Shown here in pieces: positions 42,507-52,599 of a stretch of DNA of 64,000 nt. How positions within the stretch are numbered: position 1 is the stretch's first letter; each line of letters starts with the position of its first letter. A program made the position numbers and the translations under genes. A model generated the notes under the pieces. The model saw only the letters and a list, made by a program, of their open reading frames with translations, was not told where the DNA came from and did no database searches. Source of the stretch: an uncultured Trueperaceae bacterium (lineage in GTDB: Bacteria; Deinococcota; Deinococci; Deinococcales; Trueperaceae); the NCBI GenBank assembly GCA_963839375.1, contig CAWIUY010000008.1:1-64000 (forward strand), in the 5' to 3' direction.

Positions 42507-43943
42507 TCAGAAGAACCGGCCGGGCACGAACGGCAGCTCGCCCAACAGGCGCCGCGCCTCGGCCACCGGCGCATCGACCCCGCGCGCGAGCTCGCGCACC
42601 GTCGAACGGGCCTCGACGTCGGGCACCACCCCCCCGTCCAGCGACGCCTCGGAGGCGGTCGCCAAGTTGGCGATGGCGACGAGGACGCGGCTGCCGTCCG
42701 GCAGCTCGAACGCCCGCACCGCTTCGACGTTGCCCGCCGTTCGCTCGCCCACGACCCGAGCCCGACCCGCCTCCACCAGGGCGCCCGCCACCACCTCGGC
42801 CGCGCTGGCGTTCTCGGCACCGACCACCACCACGACCGGTCCCTCGAAGCGCAGCGGATCGACCAAGCGCACCTCGCTGAGGACGTCGCCACCGCGCCCC
42901 TCGAGGCGGGCGACGCCCTGCGGCACGCCGCGCGGACCGTTCTCGACGACGTAGACGCCGCGCCACGCCATCTCGCCGTGCACGGACGCGGTCACCCACG
43001 GACCCTCTAGGAAAGCTCCCAACGTCAGACCCGCTTCGAGCAGGCGTCCGCCCAGGTTGCCGCGCAAGTCGAGGATCAACGCCCGCGCCCCGGCCGCCGC
43101 GAGCTCGCGCAAGGCGGCGTGGACGTCGGCCGCGACGCCGTCCTCGTTGAACGTGGGTACGTGCAGGTACCCCACGGTCTCGTCGATCATGGTGGCGTAC
43201 GGGCGGGCGGCCAACCGTTCGAAGGCGATCACCGCGCCCGCCACCTCCACCGTGCGCGACACGGCGCCGCGGTCGACCGACAACACCGTCGACCCGAGCG
43301 CGAGCGCGTCGGCCAAGACCCCGTTCGCCTCGAACAGGCTGCCCGAACGACGAAGGTCGGTGTCGCCCACGCGGGTGATCACGTCGGCCCGGCGCAGCCC
43401 CGCCCGGTCTGCGGGCGTGCCAGGGTACACGCGCTCGACGACCAGGCCGCGATCCTCGACGTAGGCGAGCTGGACCCCCAGACGCGGCATCCCCGTGGTC
43501 GATCGATCCGGCTCCAGCGGCTGGCCGTCGTTGGCGAACGGCCGCCCCACCCAGGTCGAGTGTTCGTCGGCCAGCGAGCGCACCATGCGGGTGAGGACGG
43601 CGTCGAAGGCGGCGCGTTCCACGGCGGCGAGCGCCTCCTCGCGGTAGGCGGCGCCCCAGGCCGACCAGTCGCGGTAGGCGGGGTTCCAGTACTCGCGGGC
43701 GAAGAGGTCGACCACGGCGTCGAAGACCCGACCACGACCATCGGGACCGTCCCACAGCGTCGCTGGGACCTCGACCGTCGGCCGCGGGGGCGGCGTCTCG
43801 AGCGGCGGCTGACCCGCCGCCAGCCCCAGCAGCGCCAAGGCGAGCGCGAGTCCCCAGGTGCGCATCCACGCCCTCACCATCTCGGCAGGCCCCCGGCCGG
43901 CCGGCGCCATGGCCACGTCATCATCACGCCCTCGCCTCCCCAC
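42507..43943 (-). CDS. S41-family C-terminal processing peptidase with PDZ domain
   Basis: signal peptide (MVRAWMRTWGLALALALLGLAAG), PDZ-like GVQLAYVEDRGLVVERVYPGTPADRAGLRRADVITRVGD, catalytic LILDLRGNLGG...; likely start ~43880. Confidence 0.75.
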   Translation of the reverse strand: MGRRGRDDDVAMAPAGRGPAEMVRAWMRTWGLALALALLGLAAGQPPLETPPPRPTVEVPATLWDGPDGRGRVFDAVVDLFAREYWNPAYRDWSAWGAAYREEALAAVERAAFDAVLTRMVRSLADEHSTWVGRPFANDGQPLEPDRSTTGMPRLGVQLAYVEDRGLVVERVYPGTPADRAGLRRADVITRVGDTDLRRSGSLFEANGVLADALALGSTVLSVDRGAVSRTVEVAGAVIAFERLAARPYATMIDETVGYLHVPTFNEDGVAADVHAALRELAAAGARALILDLRGNLGGRLLEAGLTLGAFLEGPWVTASVHGEMAWRGVYVVENGPRGVPQGVARLEGRGGDVLSEVRLVDPLRFEGPVVVVVGAENASAAEVVAGALVEAGRARVVGERTAGNVEAVRAFELPDGSRVLVAIANLATASEASLDGGVVPDVEARSTVRELARGVDAPVAEARRLLGELPFVPGRFF

Positions 43944-44404
43944 ACGTCCACGGGTGCACCGTCGAGCCGAAGCTCGATGGCCTCGACGGCGCCCGGTTGG
44001 GTCAGCGTGTAGGTCAGCTGGGCCAACCGACCGATCATCGAGGCGCTGCCTCCGCCGCGCGCGACCTCACCGCTCAGGTCGACGACGAGCACCTCGTCGT
44101 CCCAGAAGACGTCCAACACCCGCGTGCTCGACGGCAGCTCGCTCGAGAGGCCGCGCGCGGCCTCGGCCGCGGTGGGGCCCTCGACCAACGCCTCGACCGC
44201 CGAACGGGCGCCGGCGACGTCGTCGGTGGGGCGCAGGCGGCGCACCACGCCCTCGAGCGTGAGCGCCCGGTCGTCGGAGCGGACCAGGTACACCACGGTA
44301 TCGGGCATGCGCTGCAGGCTGCGCGCGACGAGCGTCCCGACCAACACCAAGAGCAACAGCAGCGCCAGGCCCACCACCCGCAACGCGACCGTGCGGCCGC
44401 TCAC
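43874..44404 (-). CDS. GerMN-domain (sporulation/germination-like, LpqB-type) lipoprotein-like protein
   Basis: N-terminal TM, then GerMN-like ...VVYLVRSDDRALTLEGVVRRLRP...LVVDLSGEVARGGGSASMIGRLAQLTYTLTQ...; GTG overlapping TPR gene stop. Confidence 0.55.
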   Translation of the reverse strand: MSGRTVALRVVGLALLLLLVLVGTLVARSLQRMPDTVVYLVRSDDRALTLEGVVRRLRPTDDVAGARSAVEALVEGPTAAEAARGLSSELPSSTRVLDVFWDDEVLVVDLSGEVARGGGSASMIGRLAQLTYTLTQPGAVEAIELRLDGAPVDVWGGEGVMMTWPWRRPAGGLPRW

Positions 44405-45908
44405 GGTCCGCCGCCGGCCGACGGGTCGTCGACCTCGTCGACGGTCGGATCGTCCTCGGTCCAGCCGGCGCGCCAGGCGGAATCTTCGGCGAACCAGGCG
44501 ACGTCTTCGTCGTCGGGCAGGAGCCGCGCCGCCCGTTCGTAGGCCAAGGCGGCCTCCTCGAAATCCCGCTGGGTGTACGCCAAGCGGCCCAACCAGGCCC
44601 ACGCCAGGCCGGCCTCCGGGTCGGCAGCCACCACGGCTTCGAAACGCTCGCGGGCTTGCGCGAACTCGGCGCGCTCGAAGGCGGCGACGCCGGCGGCGAA
44701 GGCGTTGGCGGCCGGGTCGTCGTCGCCCGCGCCGTAGGCGAGTTGCTGGCGCAGCAGGTTCAGGAAGTCGCTGGCGCGACGGTCGGCCGGATCGAGCGCG
44801 ACCACCCGCGCCCAGGCCCGCTCGGCCGCGGCCAGCCGCCCCAGCTCCTGGCGCGTGCGGCCGAGCCACGCCCACGCCTCGGCGAAGGCGTCGTTGGCGG
44901 TCACCGCCTCTTCGAAGCGGGTGGCGGCCGTCTCGGGGTCGCCGAGTTCGTACGCCGACAGGCCCGCGAAGAAGGCGCGGCCCGCCTCGACCCCGAACGC
45001 GACCTGGGTCTCGGCGAGGCGCAGGAAGTAGCGCAGGCCGTCGTCGTCGGGCCGCAGCTCGACGGCGGCGGCGAAGGCGACGACGGCCGAGGCCGGGTCG
45101 CCGCGTTCGAGCGCGACGCGGCCCGCCCAGGCGTGCGCGTCGGCGAACGACGGTGCCGCGTTGCGCGCCAACTCGAACGACTCGGCCGCCCCCGCCAGGT
45201 CGCCGGCGGCGTACCGCGCGGCCCCCTCGCGGAACGCGAAGCTCGCCTCGGACCCGACGTCGACGGCGAGGCGGGCCTCGGTGAGGAAGAAGGTCGCGTC
45301 GGGATCGTCGGGTTGGAGCTCGAGCCAGCGTTCGAGGTGGGGCATGGCGCCGCTCGGGTCGCGCAGGTCGAGCAGCGCCCGAGCGAGCCAGCGGCGTCCG
45401 TCCGGGTCGTCGGGGAAGGCGGCCACCCAGCGTTCGAAGACCTGGGCCGCGCCCTGGAGGTCGTCCGCTTGGTAGCGCGCGAAGCCGAGGTTGCGGTAGG
45501 CGTCGGCCACGAGCGCGGCCGTCGTGGGGCCGGGCGGCACGGGCGGCTCCGCGTCCGCCCACGGCGCGTCGGGACGGAGGTCCACGAGGGTGTCGGCGGC
45601 GTCGAGCACCCGCACCCACCAGCCCACGGTGGCGTAGACGCGCGTCAACAGGCGCTGCGGGGCGGGGTGCTCGGGCGCCGCCGCCACGGCCGCGCGCGCG
45701 GCCCGCAGCGCGGTCGCCCACGCGTCGGCGTCCGGTGTCCACGGGTGCGGGGTGGTGCTCGCGAACTCGGCCGCCTCGACCGCCCGTGCCCAGACGTCCT
45801 CGACCCCCGCCGGCAACGGCGGGTCGCCCGGCGCCAAAGCGCTCTGGGCCGGGGCCGCCGCCATGAGCAGCGTCACCATGAGGACGAGGGTGTGACGGCG
45901 CACATCCA
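44401..45908 (-). CDS. secreted tetratricopeptide-repeat (TPR) protein
   Basis: signal peptide MDVRRHTLVLMVTLLMAAAPAQS; >10 TPR-like 34-aa repeats (…AW..LG........A...F..A..L.P..). Confidence 0.7.
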
Positions 45909-46107
45909 TAGGTAGGTTGTACCGGAACGCGATGACATGCGGGTGGGTTCGGCGTACGGTCGGGGCCGCCGGCGAGGGTGCCGACGCGACCGACGAGGTA
46001 CCTGCGCGGTTGACCCTCACCGGGTGCACGGGTAGCCTGGTCGCCCGGACGCCCGTGGAGCTCGATCCGTTCCGGATCTCCGCCTGGGGCGTTCGCGAGA
46101 GGATCCC

Positions 46108-47427
46108 ATGTTCCAGAGCCTCGGCGATCGACTCCAGAACGTCTTCGACGGCTTGCGCGGCCGCGGCAAGCTCAGCGAAGCCGACGTCAAGACGGCCTTG
46201 CGCGAGGTGCGCGTGGCGCTGCTCGAGGCCGACGTGAACCTGGACGTGGCCCGCGACTTCGTCGCCCGGGTCCAGGAGAAGGCGATCGGGTCCGAGACGC
46301 TCCTGTCGCTGAACCCCGATCAGCGCGTGGTCGCCATCGTGCACCAAGAGATGATCGACATCCTCGGCGGCAAGGCGGTGCAGCCGCAGCTGCGCAACGA
46401 GGGCAACGTGTGGATGCTGGTCGGCCTGCAAGGGGCCGGCAAGACCACCACGGCCGGCAAGCTCGCCTACCGCTACAAGGGCCAGGGTCGCCGCCCGCTC
46501 CTGGTGGCCGCCGACACCCAGCGACCCGCCGCCCGCGAGCAGCTGCGCATCCTCGGGCGTCAGATCGGCGTGCCGGTGCTCGAGGTCGAGGACGACGAGC
46601 CGGTGGCCGTCACCAAACGTCGGCTCGACGCCGCGCTGCGGGCCGACTTCCGCGACCTGGTCATCGTCGACACCGCCGGCCGCCTGCAGATCGACGAGCG
46701 CCTGATGGACGACCTCGCCGCCCTGCGCGAGGCCCTCCAGCCGACCGAGCGCGTGCTCGTCGTGGACGCCATGACCGGCCAGCAGTCGCTGCCGGTGGCC
46801 AAGACGTTCGACGAGCGCATCGGCCTCTCCGGCCTCATCCTCACCAAGATGGACGGCGACGCCCGTGGTGGCGCAGCCTTGTCGGCGAAGCACGTGACGG
46901 GCAAACCGATCATGTTCGCCGGCATGAGCGAGAAGATCGACGGTCTCGAGCCGTTCTACCCGGACCGGGTGGCAGGACGCATCCTGGGGATGGGCGACGT
47001 CCTCACCCTCATCGAGAAGGCCAAGGCGCTCGAGGGCGACGACGAGCCGCTCGAGAAGGGCAAGGGGCTGGCCGACTTCAGCCTGGCCGACATGCTCACC
47101 CAGATGCGCCGCATCAAGCAGATGGGGTCCTTCACCGACGTGCTCAAGATGATCCCGGGCGCCAACAAGCTCATGCCGCCGGGCGCCGAGATCGACGAGC
47201 GCGAGATCGGCCGGGTCGAAGCGATCATCTCCAGCATGACCGAACGCGAGCGCCGCGAACCCCGCCTGCTGAACGCCAGCCGCCGCAAGCGGATCGCGCG
47301 CGGGTCCGGTACCACCGTGCAGGACGTGAACCGCCTGATGAAGAACTACGAAGAGATGCGGACGCTCATGAAGCGCATGGGCAAGCGCCCGCCCGGTCGA
47401 GGGGGCCGTGGCCGACCGCGGCTGTGA
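46108..47427 (+). CDS. ffh: signal recognition particle protein Ffh
   Basis: NG domain [20 protein letters not shown], and M domain with basic C-terminal tail. Confidence 0.9.
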   Translation: MFQSLGDRLQNVFDGLRGRGKLSEADVKTALREVRVALLEADVNLDVARDFVARVQEKAIGSETLLSLNPDQRVVAIVHQEMIDILGGKAVQPQLRNEGNVWMLVGLQGAGKTTTAGKLAYRYKGQGRRPLLVAADTQRPAAREQLRILGRQIGVPVLEVEDDEPVAVTKRRLDAALRADFRDLVIVDTAGRLQIDERLMDDLAALREALQPTERVLVVDAMTGQQSLPVAKTFDERIGLSGLILTKMDGDARGGAALSAKHVTGKPIMFAGMSEKIDGLEPFYPDRVAGRILGMGDVLTLIEKAKALEGDDEPLEKGKGLADFSLADMLTQMRRIKQMGSFTDVLKMIPGANKLMPPGAEIDEREIGRVEAIISSMTERERREPRLLNASRRKRIARGSGTTVQDVNRLMKNYEEMRTLMKRMGKRPPGRGGRGRPRL

Positions 47428-47610
47428 CGAGCGCAGCGGCGCTGCCACCCCACGCGTGGACAGGCGGCGCCGGACCGTGTAGCATCAGAGGTTGAGACGT
47501 TCGATCCGGGGGTCGCCGCGCGGCGTCCGGTCGATGCCATGGAACGAAGCCCGGCAGCTGCCGGTCCCCCGGTGCACCGCCCGGGGCAACACCCCAGGAG
47601 GGACACCACG

Positions 47611-47922
47611 ATGGTCAAGATCCGCATGATGCGCATGGGCGCCAAGAAGAACCCCCACTACCGCATGGTCGTCGTCGACGCGCGCGTCAAGCGCGGCGGC
47701 GATTACATCGAGTCGCTCGGCCACTTCGACCCGCGCGCCGCCGAGGGCACGCCGCTGGCGATCGACGCCGAGCGCGCTTCGCACTGGCTGGCGCAGGGCG
47801 CCCAGCCCACCGAGACCGTCCTGCGCCTGCTCGAGAAGGCCGGCGTCGCCGTGCCCGACGTGCGCGCGAAGCGCGGCCGCGGGTACGTCGCTCGCACCGC
47901 CGCGGCCCAGAGCCAGGCCTGA
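47611..47922 (+). CDS. rpsP: 30S ribosomal protein S16
   Basis: MVKIRMMRMGAKKNPHYRMVVVDARVKRGGDYIESLGHFDP; AGGAGGG RBS. Confidence 0.9.
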   Translation: MVKIRMMRMGAKKNPHYRMVVVDARVKRGGDYIESLGHFDPRAAEGTPLAIDAERASHWLAQGAQPTETVLRLLEKAGVAVPDVRAKRGRGYVARTAAAQSQA

Positions 47923-47933
47923 GCGTCGAGCGC

Positions 47934-48167
47934 ATGCCGCGCGAACTGGTCACCTACGTCGTCCAGAACCTGGTGTCGGACGTCGATGCGCTGGACGTGC
48001 GCGAGGTGTCCGACGCGCGCGGCGGCATCCGCATCGAGATCCGCTGCGACACCGCCGACGCTGGCCGCATCATCGGTCGCGGCGGCCGCGTGATCAACGG
48101 CCTGCGGACGTTGGCGCGGGCGGCCACCGACGGTCGCAAACGGGTGGACGTCCACCTGATCGAGTAA
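47934..48167 (+). CDS. KH-domain RNA-binding protein (YlqC/UPF0109 family)
   Basis: GRIIGRGGRVINGLR GxxG KH motif; conserved position between rpsP and rimM. Confidence 0.75.
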   Translation: MPRELVTYVVQNLVSDVDALDVREVSDARGGIRIEIRCDTADAGRIIGRGGRVINGLRTLARAATDGRKRVDVHLIE

Positions 48168-48170
48168 ACG

Positions 48171-48767
48171 GTGGTGGACCGACCTCAGAACGTCTCGAGC
48201 GCGCATCCACCTGACGGGTGGGTGCGTGTGGCGACGTTGGGTCGACCCTTCCAGGTGCGCGGCGCCCTCAAGGCGCAGGTGACCGACGCGGACGCCCAGA
48301 CCGCGTTGCGAACGCTGGCGCGCGACGTGGGGCCCGTGTGGGTGAGCGGCGTGGGCCTCACACGCCTCCGTGAAGCGCGCCCGGTGAGCGGCGGCTTGGC
48401 GCTCGCGTTCCAGGGCATCTACACGCCTGAACGGGCCCGCGACCTCGTGCATCAGAGCGTCTGGTGTTCCCCGGGTTCCCTGCCCGAGCCTGCTGACGAC
48501 GACAGCGTCGCCGTCGAGCGCCTCGAGGGCGCGCTGGTGACGGTCGACGGTGAGGCATACGGCCGGGTCGTGCACGTGGTGACGGGCGCCCAGGACCTGC
48601 TCGTCGTCGCTGGACCCGATGGCGAACGGTGGGTCCCGTGGGGCGCGCCGTACGTCACTTGGGACGGGGAGGCCGTTGACCTGGTCGACCCGCCACCGGG
48701 CCTGCTCGACCTCGACGAGGCCACGGTCGTGGCGCCGAGCGCCGATGACGCCGCCGATGCGGGTTGA
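48171..48767 (+). CDS. rimM: 16S rRNA processing protein RimM
   Basis: VRVATLGRPFQVRGALK... N-terminal beta-barrel plus PRC-barrel C-terminal domain; operon context. Confidence 0.8.
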   Translation: MVDRPQNVSSAHPPDGWVRVATLGRPFQVRGALKAQVTDADAQTALRTLARDVGPVWVSGVGLTRLREARPVSGGLALAFQGIYTPERARDLVHQSVWCSPGSLPEPADDDSVAVERLEGALVTVDGEAYGRVVHVVTGAQDLLVVAGPDGERWVPWGAPYVTWDGEAVDLVDPPPGLLDLDEATVVAPSADDAADAG

Positions 48768-48897
48768 GCCACGCACTCGCCGTCTCTTCTGTGACGCGGA
48801 ACGCTGGCGGCGACCTGCCGCTCGGGTCTCCGCCCCGTAAGCTGAACGGCAGAGTCCCGGCGTTCCGAGTGAGCCGGCGCCGACGAGGAGAACGCCC

Positions 48898-50073
48898 ATC
48901 GCCGAACCCCTAAGGATCGGGATCGTCACCGCCACGTACACGCCCTCGCGCAACGGCGTCGCGACCTCGACGGCGCTCTTCGTGCGAGGTCTGCGTGACC
49001 TCGGACACACGGTCCGGGTGTTCGCCTCCGACCACCCCCTGGCTCGGCCCGAGGTGGACGTCATCCGTCTGCCCGGCCTCCGGGCCAGCACCCTGCCCGA
49101 CTACCCGCTGCTCCTGCCGGTCGGCCCGATCGCCACGCGCCTGCTCCCGATCCGCGACTTCGACGTCATCCACACGATGCACCCCTTCGTCGCCGGTCGG
49201 ACCGCGCTGGCCTGGGCACGCCGCAGCCACGTCCCGCTGGTCTTCACCGCGCACACCCAGTACCACGCCTACGTCCATTACGCGCCGACGCCCAGCGGCG
49301 TCACCACCTGGGCGGTGCGGCGCCACGTGCGTGCCTTCGCGCACGAGGTCGACCTCGTGCTGGCGCCCGGCGCCGCGATCGTCGACACGCTGCGCGACTA
49401 CGGCTACGCCGGACCGATCGAACCGATGCCGAACCCGGTCGACCTCGCGAGTTACGAGGGAACGCCGGATCCCGCGCTGCGGGCGCGCTTCGGTGTGCCC
49501 GACGACGCCCTCCTGGCCGTCTACGTCGGCCGAATGGGCCACGAGAAGGGCCTTCCGCTCCTGCTCGAGGCCTTCGAGCTGGCGCGACGGAGCGAGCCGC
49601 GCCTGCACTTGCTCATGGTCGGCGACGGCCCGCTCCGAACGCCTTTGGCGGCGCGCGCGCAAGCGCACGTGCACTGGGTCGGCCCCGTCCCGCATCACGA
49701 GGTCGCCCACCATCTCGTCGCGGCCGACGTCTTCGTGACCGCGTCCGTCAGCGAGGTCCAGCCCATGACGTTCCTGGAGTCGTGGGCGGCCGGTACGCCC
49801 GTCGTGGCCGTCGACTCGGCCGCCGCGCGCGACCTCCGGGCGGGCCCTGCGTTGACGGTGAGCGCGGCCGACGCCGAGGACCTCGCCCGCGCGCTCCTCG
49901 CGATCGCCCGGGGCGCCGATCCACGGTCGCGGCGGATAGCGGCGCGGACGGCGGCCCTGGCGTTCGACGTCGGCGAGCGGGCGGCGGCCCTCGAAGCGGC
50001 CTACCGCCGGGTGATCGGTCGGCAGCCGGCGCCGAGGCCGCGGCCCGGGGCACGGGTCGGGACCCAGCTCTAG
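48898..50073 (+). CDS. GT4-family glycosyltransferase (start codon uncertain)
   Basis: GT4 N-terminal motif LRIGIVTATYTPSRNGVATS lies in frame upstream of the first canonical start (GTG 48982) and has no ATG/GTG/TTG before it; C-terminal ...VYVGRMGHEKGLPLLLEAF... EX7E-like motif ...TASVSEVQPMTFLESWAAGTPVV. Confidence 0.65.
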   Translation: MAEPLRIGIVTATYTPSRNGVATSTALFVRGLRDLGHTVRVFASDHPLARPEVDVIRLPGLRASTLPDYPLLLPVGPIATRLLPIRDFDVIHTMHPFVAGRTALAWARRSHVPLVFTAHTQYHAYVHYAPTPSGVTTWAVRRHVRAFAHEVDLVLAPGAAIVDTLRDYGYAGPIEPMPNPVDLASYEGTPDPALRARFGVPDDALLAVYVGRMGHEKGLPLLLEAFELARRSEPRLHLLMVGDGPLRTPLAARAQAHVHWVGPVPHHEVAHHLVAADVFVTASVSEVQPMTFLESWAAGTPVVAVDSAAARDLRAGPALTVSAADAEDLARALLAIARGADPRSRRIAARTAALAFDVGERAAALEAAYRRVIGRQPAPRPRPGARVGTQL

Positions 50074-50075
50074 CG

Positions 50076-50825
50076 ATGCGCATCACCGTCTACACGCTGT
50101 TCCCCCCGCTGATCGAGGCGTGGCGCGAGGAAGCGCTCGTCGGCCGCGCCGTCTCCCGCGGGCTGCTGGAGCTCGAGGCGCGCGACCTGCGCCGCTTCGC
50201 CGGCAACCGCACGGGTCGGGTCGACGACGCGCCCTACGGCGGCGGCGCCGGCATGGTGATCCGCGTCGACGTGGCGGCTGCGGCGATCGCCGAGGCGCGG
50301 GCCGAGGATCCCCCGCCCGACGAGGTGGTGCTCCTCTCCCCCGCCGGCGCCCCGCTCACCCAGCGCGTCGTGGAGGACCTCGCCAGCCGCCGTCACCTGG
50401 TGCTCCTCAGCGGCCGCTACGAGGGCTTCGACGCCCGCACCGAGGCGCTGGTCGACCGCGAGCTCTCGATCGGCGACTTCGTGCTCATGGGGGGCGAGCT
50501 CGCTGCGCTGTGCGTCGTCGAAGCCACCGCGCGCTTGCTGCCAGGCGTGCTCGGCGACGCCGACAGCCACCGCCAGGACTCGTTCACCACCGGTCTGCTC
50601 GATTACCCGGAGTACACCCGGCCGCTCGAGCACGAGGGGGTGGGGGTTCCCGAGGTGTTGCGCTCGGGCCACCACGGCGAGGTGGCGGCGTGGCGACGGC
50701 GCGAAGCGCTGAGGCGGACCTGGTCCCGGCGCCCCGACCTGATCGACGACGCCGCCCTGAACGAAGAAGACCGGCGCTGGCTGGCGCGCTTGCGCGCCGA
50801 GACCGAGCGCCGGTCCGAACCGTGA
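50076..50825 (+). CDS. trmD: tRNA (guanine37-N1)-methyltransferase
   Basis: MRITVYTLFP...DDAPYGGGAGMV...LSGRYEGFDAR... SPOUT knot motifs. Confidence 0.9.
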   Translation: MRITVYTLFPPLIEAWREEALVGRAVSRGLLELEARDLRRFAGNRTGRVDDAPYGGGAGMVIRVDVAAAAIAEARAEDPPPDEVVLLSPAGAPLTQRVVEDLASRRHLVLLSGRYEGFDARTEALVDRELSIGDFVLMGGELAALCVVEATARLLPGVLGDADSHRQDSFTTGLLDYPEYTRPLEHEGVGVPEVLRSGHHGEVAAWRRREALRRTWSRRPDLIDDAALNEEDRRWLARLRAETERRSEP

Positions 50826-50837
50826 CGGGCCGCGAGC

Positions 50838-51326
50838 CTACTCGAGCAGCGCGGCGACCTGTTCGGTGAGATCGAGACCGTCCGCGGCGTAGACCACGAG
50901 ACCGCTCTCGGCCGCCGCACCGATGTCCATGACCACGGCGATCCCGTTCTCGTCGGCCACCGTCTTGATGGCGGCGTTGACGGCTTCGATGGCGGGCCGG
51001 GCGGCGTCGTTGATGTCGGCCTGGTAGCGCGTCTGCACGGTCTGCAGCGTGGCGAGGAGGACGTCGAACAGCTCGGCCTCGTCGTTCGTGAGGCCCTCTC
51101 CCTGCCGCTTCGCCTGCAGCTCGTCGAGTTGCGCGCGGATGTCGCCGATCTCGGACGCCGCCAGCTCACGCAGGTCGTTGGCCGATTGGCCCGCCGGGTG
51201 TGCGGCGATGAGCGACTGGGAGTCGACGAACGCGAGTCGGCTCGGGGCCTCTTGGGCGCCGAGGTTGGCGCCGACCATGAGCGCCACGGCGAGGGTCGCG
51301 ATTAGGGGAAGGGTGAGTCTCTTCAT
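50838..51326 (-). CDS. skp: OmpH/Skp-family periplasmic chaperone
   Basis: signal peptide MKRLTLPLIATLAVALMVGA, long helical arms with LAFVDSQ...Q...L characteristic of Skp. Confidence 0.65.
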   Translation of the reverse strand: MKRLTLPLIATLAVALMVGANLGAQEAPSRLAFVDSQSLIAAHPAGQSANDLRELAASEIGDIRAQLDELQAKRQGEGLTNDEAELFDVLLATLQTVQTRYQADINDAARPAIEAVNAAIKTVADENGIAVVMDIGAAAESGLVVYAADGLDLTEQVAALLE

Positions 51327-51414
51327 AGCGTCGGGAAGCGTAGCACGGGCACGATGAGAAGCCGTTCCCCATGCCAAACCCCCCCGCTGTCGTCACCCCC
51401 GCCGTCCCCGCCCC

Positions 51415-52585
51415 GTGATCGCAGCCTGGATCGCCCTGTGCGCCGTCCTGGGGAGCCTCATCGGCTCCTTCGCCAACGTGGTCGTGTACCGCTGGCCGCG
51501 CGGCGAGTCGGTCGGTCGCACCGCGCTCGCGCTGCCCCGCCTGCGCCCGCACCCTGGGCCCGCTCGACCTGGTGCCCGTCGGCTCCTGGTTGGTGTTGCG
51601 CGGCCGCTGCCGCACCTGCGCCGCCCCCATCTCGCCGCGCTACCCGCTCGTGGAGGCGGCCTTCGCGATCGGCTTCGGCGGCCTCGCCTGGGCCTTCCCC
51701 ATCACCACGGCCGGCACCACGGTGGTCCCGCTGCTGGTCCTGTTCGCGATGCTCACCACCGCGGCGCTCATCGACCTCGACACGTACCTGCTTCCCGACG
51801 CCCTGACGCTACCGGCGACCGTGGTGGCGGTCGTGGGCGCCTTCTGGTACGAGCGCGGCACCGGCCTTCCCACACCGCTCGAAGCGCTCGTGGGTGCGGC
51901 GGTCGGCGCCGGGGTGCTGGTGCTCATCAACCGGATCGGAAGCCTGGTGCTGCGGCGCTTCGCCGACACCGAGGAACGCCTCTGGCCCTTCTCGCTCGAC
52001 ACGGTCAACGCCGCGGCGCTCGTCGGCGTGATGGGCGGGTGGACCTGGGCGCTCGGCGGCGGCGCGCTGCAGGCGCTCGCGAGCGCCGTCGCGCGGCGCC
52101 CCGTCCGCCTGCCGGAACCGGTGGTCTACGCCGCCTGGCTCGTGGCGCTCGTCTTGGTGGGCTCCGGCTGGGCGCTCGGTTGGGGCGTCGGGATCGTCGA
52201 GGGCGTCGCCGGGAGCACCATCGGCGCCGGCGCCTTCGCGCTCGTGGGCGCGGCCTGGTGGTGGGGGGTCGAAGCCCGGCAGGGTGAGCGCAAGCCGCCG
52301 CTCGCCGAAGCCGGGCCGCCCGAAGACGACGACGGCGAGCCCGTCGCGATGGGCTTCGGCGACGTCAAGCTGGCCGCCCCCCTGGGCGCCTTGCTCGGCT
52401 GGGACGGCTTCCTGGTGGGTCTGCTGTTCGCCGTGGTGGTGGGCGCCGTCCTGGGTGTGGTGCAACGTTCGCTGGGGGGCTCGCGCTTCGTGCCGTTCGG
52501 CCCGTACCTGGTCGTGGGGGCCTTCGCGGCCTTCTTCTTCGGCGACGCGCTCATCGGTTGGTACCTGGGCCTGCTCGGCGTCTGA
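51415..52585 (+). pseudogene. pilD: prepilin peptidase (A24 family, PilD) with a single frameshift near 51500-51515
   Basis: N-terminus MIAAWIALCAVLGSLIGSFANVVVYRWPRGESV in one frame; conserved ...SRCPACARTLGPLDLVPVGSWLVLRGRCRTCAAPISPRYPLVE... and the A24 catalytic domain (MGFGDVKLAAPLGALLGW) in the +1 frame (ORF 51572..52585). Confidence 0.7.
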
Positions 52586-52599
52586 TAGCATCGCGGCCC

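Noticed and set aside
45909-46107. Possible SRP RNA or other ncRNA upstream of ffh
   Set aside because: No SRP-RNA helix-8 signature (GGUGCUG...AGCAGCC-like) found. The region looks like an ordinary divergent promoter spacer.
43874-47448. Very long minus-strand ORFs (622 aa and 1015 aa)
   Set aside because: Only their C-terminal portions (GerMN protein 43874..44404 and TPR protein 44401..45908) look like real proteins. The upstream extensions read through non-coding DNA or antisense of ffh.
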